Assembly (NCBI GenBank): GCA_951406725.2
Contig: OX597839.1
Coordinates: forward strand, 3,844,001-3,908,000
DNA from: Octopus vulgaris
Lineage: Eukaryota
Direction: 5' to 3'
Length of the DNA stretch: 64,000 bases
The stretch's first letter is position 1, and every line of letters begins with the position of its first letter. A program made the translations under genes and the position numbers. Below are positions 51,339 to 64,000 of the stretch, piece after piece. The notes under the pieces were generated by a model. That model was not told the DNA's origin, searched no databases, and saw nothing but the letters and a program-made list of their open reading frames with translations.

Positions 51339-51600
51339 TGTGTGTGTTTGTGTATGTGTTTGTCCCCCACCACCGCTTAACAACCGATGTTGGCTTGTTT
51401 GCGTCCCTGTAAATTAACGGTTCGGTAAACAATAGAGCGAAATAATAAGTACGAGACTTTAAATAAACACATAAAACACACAAAAAACAAGTACAGGGAT
51501 CGATTCATTCAACCAAAACAAAAAAAAATTCCTCAAGGCGGTGCCCCAGCATGGCCGCAGTCTAATGACTGAAACACGTGAAGGACAAACGATAAAAAGA
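51112..51600 (+). mobile_element. SINE B (diverged); another copy at 50740-51042 (-)
   Basis: Family consensus. Confidence 0.75.
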
Positions 51601-51684
51601 TTCATATACATGTATTTATTACAGAACAAGCGTATAAATGTGTATAAAGCGTATGCGAGAGCTTATGTATGCGTGTTAGTATAC

Positions 51685-53372
<1,688 letters not shown>

Positions 53373-53698
53373 TCATTATCCAGTTTTATTTCAAGATTCT
53401 TACCAATAGACAAAGAGCCGGTTTCTCACTCAGATCCAAGGCTCCTTCATTGGAATTTCAACAACATCAACAGGTATTTTTGCATGTGTGCAGTATTTTG
53501 AGTCAGTGAATGAGCAGATTTGTATGCTCTGTATGATTTGTATGCGCGAAAGCTACGTTGTTATCCTCATTCAGTAAACGGTGGCTTTTAACGGGTGGAG
53601 AGCTGAACCATCCTGGGGTACAGAGGATTCGCAATCTAGACTAGGGTCTGAAAGTTTACCACACCATAGTGGGTTACACCATGGTTCCTCTGCTACAA

Positions 53699-54026
53699 GG
53701 CGAGGAGCTGGTAGAATCGTTAGCACGCCGGGCGAAATGCTTAGCGACCAGTTACGCACTGGGGTCGATGTAATCGACTTAATACCTATGTCTGTCCTTG
53801 TTTGTCCCCTCTGTGTTTAGCCCCTTGTGGGCAATAAAGAAATAGGTATTTCGTCTGCCATTACGTTGTGAGTTCAAATTCCGCCGAGGTCGACTTTGCC
53901 TTTCATCCTTTCGGAGTCGATAAATTAAGTACCAGTTACGCACTGGGGTCGACGTAATCGACTGAATACCTATGTCTGTCCTTGTTTGTCCCCTCTGAGT
54001 TTAGCCCCTTGTGGGTAATAAAGAAA
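53699..54026 (+). mobile_element. SINE A dimer (first unit internally deleted)
   Basis: Junction gaaataggtatttc at about 53839; TSD tggttcctctgct. Confidence 0.85.
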
Positions 54027-54733
54027 TTGGTTCCTCTGCTTTGTAGCAGAAGTAGGAAGAAAGAATGAGAGAAAGTTGTAGTGAAAGAGTACAGCGGAGT
54101 TCACCCCCTCCGCTGGAGCCTCGTGGAGCTTAGGTGATTTGCTGAATAAACTCTCACAATGCCCGGTCTGGGAATCGAAACCGCGTTCTTTCGACCGCGA
54201 GTCCGCTGCCCTAACCACTGGGCCATTGCGCCTCCACTGATGTTGCTGTAACCAACTAGACCCTTCCTACAATATTTCTAGCCTTGTGTCTATAGTAGAA
54301 ATGGTTGTTAATTAAAAAGGGTTATTAATTAGAATCTAGCAATTTCAGGGAAGGGCGTAAGTCGATTACATCGACTCCCAGTGCGTAACTGGTTCTTATT
54401 TAATCGACCCCGAAACGATGAAAGGCAAAGTCGACCTCGGCGGAATTTGAACTCAGAACGTGACGACGGATAAAATGCTGTTAAGTATTTTGCCCAGCGT
54501 GTTAACCATCCTGCCAACTCACCGCCTTAAAGAGGATTATCATTAACATTCCCAATATCTGTATCGGATTTCAAGTATTCTAACGAGTCACATTGAATCG
54601 TGTGTTTTATGTAAAATCACGCCATGTGGGATGGACATATGTGAGAGGCTCTATGTAGTCGTTCAGCCTGCTAGAGATAATAGCCAAATTACTTCAAACG
54701 ATATCACCATCCGAAAAGAAGGAAAGAACACAT

Positions 54734-55156
54734 GGGTCTTTTCGGTTTGAACGGCAGTTTTTTAAGATAATTTCCACGTAACTAAACACTTTTAAACTTC
54801 GTATACTGGCAGAATGTGTTTATAAAACATCTTTTTCTCTTGGCTTTATTGAGAAAATTCTATAGTTTGTAAGATATTTGCTTTTTTTCTTCAATTTCTG
54901 CAATTTCAACCAATCAATGGCGTCTATTGAGGTAAAAAAAACATTCTGTGCCGTATGAATATGTTCCTCGTTTAAGAAACAGATTGGGTTTATTTACATT
55001 TGTTAAGAAAAAAAGATACACTTCCCCCCACCCCTAACCCTAACCCTAACCCTAAAACAGATTGAAATGCAATAGATCGATACTAGGGTCATAATTATGG
55101 ATGACAATTTCATATGACACCGCTAGAAAAAACTGCCGTTCAAACCGAAAAGATCC
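54734..55156. mobile_element. Telomere-repeat MITE, copy 3 (opposite orientation)
   Basis: TIR; TSD gaacacat; (CCCTAA)4 at about 55032. Confidence 0.9.
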
Positions 55157-55476
55157 GAACACATTATTGTGCCATGTAGCTCTCGTTGTCTCGGCCATCA
55201 TTTACGGTAACGAGTATTCCATGTGTAGCGAGACCGTTGTCATAAAATAATGCAGCATTTAGGCTCAAATAGTCGGAAATCGGATCATCCAGCATGTTCT
55301 TGACGATTGGTCACTTAAACTGGTCATGTGATAGTGTAATACTTGACCGAGCCCGTTTCTTGGATTGGTCTAGTTTTACGCGGGATACAGTTTTGTATCC
55401 AATAACGTTGTACAATAAACCAACCAGCGTGCACATCAAATGCATCTGTTAGCCTCATTTCATCTTTAAAGAGAAT

Positions 55477-55968
55477 AGATCTTTTCGGTTTGAACGGCAG
55501 TTTTTTAAAATAATTTCCACGTAACTAAACACTTTTAAACTTCGTATACTGGTAGAATGTGTTTATAAAACGTCTTTTTCTCTTGGCTTTATTGAGAAAA
55601 TTCTATAGTTTGTAAGATATTTGTTGTTTTTTTTTCTTCAATTTCTGCAATTTCAACCACTCAATGGTGTCTATTGAGGTGAAAACATTCTGTGCCGTAT
55701 GAATATGTCCCTCGTTTAAGAAACAGATTGGGTTTATTAACATTTGTGAAGAAAAAAAGGTACCTTTCCCCCCACTCCTAACCCTAACCCCAACCCTAAC
55801 CAACCCTAACTAACCTTAACCAACCCTAACTAATCCTAACTAACCCGAACTCTAACCCCAACCCTAAAACAGATTGGAATGCAATAGATCGATACTAGGG
55901 TCATAATTATGGGCGACAATTTCATATGACACCGCTAGAAAAAACTGCCGTTCAAACCGAAAAGATCC
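55477..55968. mobile_element. Telomere-repeat MITE, copy 4, with an expanded degenerate CCCTAA tract
   Basis: TIR; TSD aagagaat/atgagaat; tract 55776-55867. Confidence 0.9.
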
Positions 55969-56260
55969 ATGAGAATTTTCCTGTATTCGCCAGTGAGGTA
56001 GGAATCTTTAAAGTGAGGTGAGAATTTTTCTGGAAGCATGTCACGTTATTTCGTTCGTGTTGTTGAAACACATGTAATCAAATTCCGACTGAACTGAGAA
56101 GCCGACTTTGTATGGTTTCTCCAGACAGTTATCTTCATGATGTACCCAACTGGCTTGTTGTACAATTCATTTAGCGAATGAACAAAGTGTCGCAGTTTAT
56201 TGAAAACTCGGTTTCTTGTATTTTTTTCCAGTTTTATACACAACTATACACAACTATATA

Positions 56261-56468
56261 GGCGCAGGAGTGGCTGTGTGGTAAGTAGCTTGTCTACAAA
56301 CCACATATTTCCGGGTTCAGTCCCACTGCGTGGCACCTTGGGCAAGTGTCTTCTACTATAGCCTCGGGCCGACCAAAGCCTTGCGAGTGGATTTGGTTGA
56401 CGGAAACTGAAAGAAGCCCGTCGTATATATGTATATATACGTATATATATATATATATATATATATAG

Positions 56469-56499
<31 letters not shown>

Positions 56500-56738
56500 C
56501 GTGTGTGTGTTTGTGTGTTTGTGTGTCTGTGTTTGTCGCCCTAGCATTGCTTGACAACCAATACTGGTGTGCTTATGTCCCCGTAACTTAGCGGTTCGGC
56601 AAAAAAGACCGATAGAATAAATACTGGGCTTACAAAAAGAATAAGTCACGGGGTCGAGTTGCTCGATTAAAGGCGGTGCTGCAGCATGACCGCAGTCAAA
56701 TGACTGAAACAAGTAAAAGAGTAAAAGAGTAAAGAGTA
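56261..56738 (+). mobile_element. SINE B, full length
   Basis: Family consensus. Confidence 0.9.
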
Positions 56739-56799
56739 ACTCATGGAACCAAGAAATTGTAATAATACAAGGGCCAGAGACACGCTTCATCTCAGTTAA

Positions 56800-57263
56800 A
56801 CATTTGACCCGACCAACGGAACAGCTTGCTTGTGGAATTAACGTGCAAGTGGTTGAATACTTCGCAGACAGGCGTACCCTTAAAGTAATTCAAAAGGTAT
56901 TTCAGTGTCAGTGGCGGACCGGAGAGGGAGTGGAGAGCTGAGGGATACGCGCCCCGTCAAGAAAATAAGTGCGCCCTTCTAAATAATGTCATTACGCCCT
57001 TTTCTCCTGGAATTGTATTCCCTTCTGGCTTTGGGCCCTCCCTTTAAAAAATTCCTGGGACCACACCTGAATGTGACACAGAATGTGACAGGGCTGGACA
57101 TTTGAATTACAGGCACAATCCATTTTTGCCAGCTGAACGAACGGGAGCTGAATTGAATGAACTGAATGAACTTGATCAAGGACACAACGCGCCGCCGGGA
57201 ATCGAACTCACGACTGTACGATAACGAGCTGAGTACCCTAACCACTAAGCCACGCGCCTTCAC
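56800..57263 (-). mobile_element. SINE D with an unrelated insert (about 56909-57070)
   Basis: Family consensus interrupted by cagtggcgg...cacctg. Confidence 0.65.
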
Positions 57264-57341
57264 TATGTAGTTCGAAATACGCAAAAAACACCGGATGGTC
57301 ATGGCTGGAAAACCTACTGATAATAACGTATATAACTCAAT

Positions 57342-57646
57342 TTGGAGGCGCAATGGGCCAGTGGTTAGCGCAGCGGACTCGCGGTCGTAGGATCGCGGTT
57401 TCGATTCCCAGACCGGGCGTTGTGAGTGTTTATTGAGCGAAAACATCTAAAGCTCCACGAAGCTCCGGCAGGGAGTGGTGGTGATCCCTGCTGTACTCTT
57501 TCGCCACAACTTTCTCTCACTCTTTCTTCTGTTGGCCTGCTCGCTTAGCCAGCGGAGTGGCGTCATTTGAAGGCTAAAACAAATTGAAGCGCATTGTGAC
57601 CAGCGATGTGTGGCAACATCTGATAGCCTGGTCGGTCACGGTGATA
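57342..57646 (+). mobile_element. SINE C with a third tail type
   Basis: Head consensus; TSD-like ataact(c/t)aatt. Confidence 0.85.
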
Positions 57647-58094
57647 ACTTAATTAGCTATTATATTCTTGTTTTTTTTTTTATCTTACTATCCTCATCAC
57701 CAAACTCTGGAGAAATACTATGTCAAGCTTTAGGACCCACAGGACCAGTTATAAAGAATCCACGGTGAATGGGACTCCACTGCGTCGCAGGGTTACTCAT
57801 CTACAGCCGAACGGACTGAGACTAAGTGAAATAAAGTGTTTTGCTCATGAACACAACGCACCGCCCAGTCCGGGAATCGAAAGTACGATCTTGTGATCGT
57901 GAGTGCAACACACCAAACCACTATGCCATGCGCCTTCACAATTTATAGGAATGCTACACTATTGTTATTATTTTCTTTTATTGTTTTATGTCGAAAAGCC
58001 TACACATGAAACAGTGACTCTATGACAATTACTTGCATAAACATATAACTTTACAATAAAAACATTCCTTTTATCTCGATCGTATTTATAAATA

Positions 58095-58827
<733 letters not shown>

Positions 58828-60097
58828 ATGAATATGTGAAATGAAAGCAAACTACCCCATGACTACTGTTGGTCCATCAGAGCAACGCGGAAAGTTTCGT
58901 CTCCATTAAGCCTAAAACAGACTTTATTTAACCAGCGAGAAATACTTCCCTGAACAGTTTGATACTAAAGTTTCAAGCATCGATCATGCTGCTGTGTAAC
59001 CTAGATCTTCCAAATTTTACAAAGGCACAAAACCTTAAAATTTGATGCTTCGTGTCCTGGACAAATGTTTCAGTGAAGTTTCGAAGTTGATTTGCCTTTG
59101 GAATTTAATCCTTTACTTCTCCTGTTTATCGCATATGATACACAGCACATATTTCCCTGGCATCCATGCGCCATATCTGATAAACATTTCCATTTTTTTC
59201 TTTTTTCAACCGCCAGGGTAACTTAGAGACTTGCAAAAGAGAAGCGTATGAAACGAGGTTAACTGACGTTTAGGACAAACTTATGAAAATGCGTTGGACA
59301 GGCAGAGGGTTAAATAGTTGTTACATAAGATTAGCTGTTTCTCCACGGAGTCTGATACACAATTTTTACTAGAACTTTTGCAGGTACATTATATTACCAT
59401 TTTATTTCTTGAAATTTTTAGTTAACATAGTTCAATCCTTGTTCAACATCTTAACCGAACTAAATAGATGATTCATCTACGTACTTTGATCTTAACATGG
59501 CCGACTCAATGCTTTAGTAGAAGACACTTGGAACTGAACCCGGAACCATGTGGTTGGGAGGCAAGCTTCTTACCACACAGCCGCGCCTGCACCATGAACG
59601 AATCTACTGTGTAAACGACGTCGATGTTGCAATGTCGACAACTCTGTACGTCTGTCTCCATAACAGGAAATAAACTCGAGCAATTTTTTTTTTTTTTTTT
59701 AGTTTACGAAGATCGTTTGTATATAACGAATCTCCATATAAGCTTCCAACTGAAGGATCTTCTGATACTCCAGTTTAGGTTACAAATAAGGACTGGACGG
59801 AAACAATCGACTGTTTGTTTTCATCAAATAATTAATGAAAACAATGAAAAATTTGATCTGAAAAATAATGGGGTCCAGTGAGAATATGAAGAGATTTTGT
59901 GAATTGGTTATTATTTGTACGTTCATTTCGTTATTGAAAGCCCGCGGACGTTGGTTTGTAGTGGCTTGTAGAAAGACTCGAAATCGAGTCGTCAGATTGA
60001 GAAGTTAAAATCACGGCATAGCCACACTTTGTTCATGTGAGAGGCTGAGTTATGAACCAACCAGCAGCCAGACATCACGTGACAGATTCATTCTAGA

Positions 60098-60284
60098 TCA
60101 GTGCTCCGCCACCTTTCTTCATTTGCAGTACACTTATATTCTTTTCAAAATTCGGTGGCACACCTGAGCTAAAAATATAACTGAAAGTATAGGGAAAAAA
60201 AATTATATTCAGGTTACATTGCGGCACACCAAGCATCGTCCTGTGGTCTACAAGCATGCTGCGGCATACAGGTTGCAGAGCACT
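60098..60284. mobile_element. hAT-type MITE (related to 17526, reverse orientation)
   Basis: cagtgctccgccacc...ggttgcagagcactg. Confidence 0.65.
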
Positions 60285-60474
60285 GTCCTGAATCAGTGGC
60301 TCCCAATAGGACCCACTATTTTATTCTTGTTGGTCCTTATAGTCATTCGATGTTTCAAAACTGGTTCTATAGATCGTCTTTCTAAATTCTTATTTTGTTT
60401 CTTATACATTAACTTGTGCAGGCTGAACTTTTTAAAATGCCAGAGAAAGAAACATCGCAGTTTCTTGCAATAAA

Positions 60475-60830
60475 TATGTGGCCTGATCAATACGTATCCG
60501 GACTGTTGCCATAGTAACGAAACTAAAGCATGCAAAGTGAAGCCACTTGGCACAGATTTACCTTGAACTCTGCTGTGCATGCGTACTAAGATTTAACATC
60601 CTAGCTCACTTCCACTGTTTACAGCAGTGATTGGAAGGAAGGTGTGTAGCGTGCGATCATCGCATTGACCATTAAAGAGAAAGTTAAGCAGAGAATTTGC
60701 ATCATATTCTGCCAAAAGCTTGGCGATACCTGCTCAGAGGCCTATGCAAAGTTTTCAAAAAGTTTCCATCGTTCTCGATATAATCAAGGAGACCTTATGC
60801 ACCTGAAAGCAGTTTTGGCACAAACTTGGT
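60475..60830 (+). mobile_element. Mariner 5' relic
   Basis: KQRICIIFCQKLGDTCSEAY resembles the mariner N-terminal HTH start. Confidence 0.55.
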
Positions 60831-60840
60831 AGACATCTAT

Positions 60841-60930
<90 letters not shown>

Positions 60931-60982
60931 GTCTGTCTGTCTGTCTGTCCGTCCGTCCGTCCGTCAGTCAGTCAGTCAGTCA

Positions 60983-61025
<43 letters not shown>

Positions 61026-61042
61026 CGTCCGTCAGTCAGTCA

Positions 61043-61101
<59 letters not shown>

Positions 61102-61906
61102 CATCCATCCATCCATCCATCCATCCATCCATCCATCCATCCATCTATCTATCTAGCTAGCTAGCTAGCTATCGATCTATTTATCTTTCATACACACACA
61201 CGCACACTCGTACACACACACACGCACGCACGCACGTACACTCACACACACACGCACACACGCACTCTGTCTCTCTCTGCCTCTCGGTCTCTCTCACTGA
61301 ATTTACCTCAAAGTATGTATTGCATTGCCTCTATGTTGAAGCACACACACATACACACACACACACATATATTCACATGCACTAATAACCAAAAAGGATA
61401 ACTATCTATATTGTTAGACAGTGAAAGTTATTTGCTTTTTTAAAACTGTGTTGCGTTGCTTTATTCTTTCCATTGTATTGACGCAAATTCTAATTCGTGA
61501 TCAAACTCTAAATAACCTGTGCGGTGAAATAAATCTGTTTTAATTTATTACAAACCTTGTGCATTCATCATAACGCAGCCTGATTTCCAATCCGTTTCCC
61601 AGCATCTCATGTTTTCCATCTTTTGTCTACCATGGCGAACCAACGGCACATTACAAAACATAACACGTGGTAAGATCAAGAGAAACACTAACGCCATCGA
61701 TTTCTCCAGTCTCCGAGGGGCCCCTCCAGTGAAAACCATATGAACTATCTCTTCCTTCAGACCCAGCAAGTAGAAACGACGACGACGACAACAACAACAA
61801 CAACTACAACTACAACAACTCATAATACCAACTGAGATGCGGCGGAACTGTGTTTAATAAAAGGGACCAATGGTTACAGGTTTGGACAGTATTTTGCCCA
61901 TGTCAA

Positions 61907-62883
61907 GGTGGAGAGCTGGCAGAAACGTTAGCACACCGGGCGAAATTTTGGAGAAGGGGGGGGGCAGTCGATTAGATTGATCCCAATATGCAACTGGTAT
62001 TTATTTAATTTATCGACCCCGAAAGGATAAAAGGCAAAGTCAACCTCGGTGGAATTTGAACTCAGAACGAAGCGGCAGACGAAATACCTATTTCTTTACT
62101 ACCCACAAGGGGCTAAACACAGAGAGGACAAACAAGGACAGACAAACGGATTAAGTCGATTATATCGACCCCAGTGCGTAACTGGTACTTATTTAATCGA
62201 CCCCGAAAGGATGAAAGGCAAAAACGACCTCGGCGGAATTTGAACTCAGAACGTAGCGGCAGACGAAATACCTATTTCTTTACTACCCACAAGGAGCTAA
62301 ACAGAGAGGACAAACAAACGACCCCAGTGCGTAACTGGTACTCAGAACGTAGCGGGAGACGAAATACCTATTTCTTTACTGCCCACAAGGGGTTAAACAC
62401 AGAGAGGACAAACAAGGACAGACACACGGATTAAGTCGATTATATCAACCCTAGTGCGTAACTGGTACTTAATTTATCGACCCCGAAAGGATGAAAGGCA
62501 AAATCGACCTCGGCGGAATTTGAACCCAGGACGTAGCGGCAGACGAAATACCTATTTCTTTACTACCCACCAGGGGCTAAACACAGAGAGGACAAAGAAA
62601 CGACCGCAGTGCGTAACTGGTACTTAGAGCGTAGCAGCAGACGAAATACCTATTTCTTTACTACCCACAAGGGGCTAAACACAGAGGGGACAAACAAGGA
62701 TAGACAAACGGATTAAGTCGATTATATCGACCCCAGTGCGTAACTGGTACTTATTTAATCGACCCCGAAAGGATGAAAGGCAAAATCGACCTCGGCGGAA
62801 TATGAACTCAGAACGTAGCAGCAGACGAAATACCGCTAAGCATTTCGTCCGGTGTGCTAAGGTTTCTGCCAACTCACCACCTT
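61907..62883 (-). mobile_element. SINE A six-unit array with alternating full and deleted units
   Basis: Junction gaaatacctatttc at about 62081, 62264, 62361, 62544 and 62643; head at 62833-62883. Confidence 0.9.
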
Positions 62884-63240
62884 ACGTAGTATTATCCATG
62901 TATATAACAACAACAACAACAACATAAGTTCATGTTATGAACGTCAGATCAATAACTTAACTAATTTTAGCTTTTCAACAACCTTTGTTTATCGTTCACG
63001 AAATTTGAATAAATTTTACTTCTTTTCATACATACGACGATGCAGCGATAATATATTTTATCTTTTATTTGTTTCATTCACGAGACTGCGGCCGTGCTGG
63101 GGCAACGCCTTGAAGAATTTTTTAGTCAAATAAATCAGCCACAGTACTTGCTCTTTTGTTAAGCCTGGCGCTTATTCTATCCGTTTCTTTCGCCGAACCG
63201 CTAATTACGAGGAAATAAAACATGCCAAGAACAGTTGTAG

Positions 63241-63680
63241 TGGAGGTGCAATGACCCAGTAGTTAGGGCAGCGGACTCGCGGTCGTAAAAACGCGGTCTC
63301 GTTTCCCAGACCGGGCATTGTGAGTGTTTATTGAGCAAAAACACCTAAGTTCCACGAGGCTCCGGCGGGGGGGGGGGAGGTTTAACCCCGCTGTACTCTT
63401 TCACCACAACTTTCTCTCACTCTTTCTTCCGACTTCTTCCAACAAGATGGTGTAGCCCATTATGGTGTGGTAAACTTTCAGACCCTAGTCTAGATTGCAA
63501 ATCCTCTGTACCCCAGGATGGTTCAGCTCTCCACCCGTTAAAAGCCACTGCTTACGTAATGAGAATAACAACGTAGCTTTCGCGCCCGTGCAACCGCCAG
63601 TCTATCGTGTGTGGTGGGTGGATCTTCAAGTTGCCACACGCATTCTTAGTAGCTTAGAGTAGGCTCGAATTAGAGATTAT
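63241..63680 (+). mobile_element. SINE C with a fourth tail type, nested in a SINE B (63055-64000, -)
   Basis: Head consensus; the tail recurs in reverse at 53545-53680; (GAA)n at 63712-63857. Confidence 0.8.
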
Positions 63681-63802
63681 TCTTTGTGGCTAATGGCGTG
63701 AGTCCTGATTGGAAGAAGAAGAAGAAGAAGAAGAAGAAGAAGAAGAAGAAGAAGAAGAAGAAGAAGAAGAAGAAGAAGAAGAAGAAGAAGAGAAGAAGAG
63801 AA

Positions 63803-63837
<35 letters not shown>

Positions 63838-64000
63838 AGAAGAAGAAGAAGAAGAAGGCAACAGTTGTCAAACGGTGCTGGGGGTAAAAACACAGACATG
63901 AAGACACACACACATGCATAAATACATACGACGGGCTTCTTTTAGTTTCCGTCTACCAAATCCACTCACAAGGTTTTGGTCGGTCCGAGGCTATAGTAGA

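Noticed and set aside
59974-60000. Minus-strand CTGACGA with hairpin gactcga/tcgagtc
   Set aside because: No GAAA after the stem.

Overview
Eukaryotic, AT-rich and extremely repeat-dense DNA. The SINE and microsatellite content is typical of an Octopus (coleoid cephalopod) genome; this species call is an inference. The only recognisable host coding sequence is the last two exons of a DDI1/DDI2 orthologue (end of the retroviral-like aspartyl protease, UIM, then UBA) at 863-4515 (+). As written, the first of these exons has a 1-nt frame problem. The remaining ~59 kb is intergenic. It holds four tRNA-derived SINE families (A-D here, dozens of copies, often nested) and 3' fragments of RTE and CR1 LINEs. 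It also holds mariner relics, two non-autonomous Helitrons, hAT MITEs, four copies of a GG-ended 8-bp-TSD MITE carrying (TTAGGG)n, a 28S rRNA fragment and many microsatellites. Almost all ORFs in the supplied track are microsatellite or SINE read-throughs. Most interesting: (1) SINE A forms TSD-flanked multimers of a 183-184 bp unit with one fixed, hairpin-forming junction, suggesting a circular or multimeric RNA intermediate; (2) several Penelope-type minimal hammerhead ribozymes lie in short (TA)n-embedded inserts; (3) SINE C has a single swap point at which five different 3' tails or further heads are joined.
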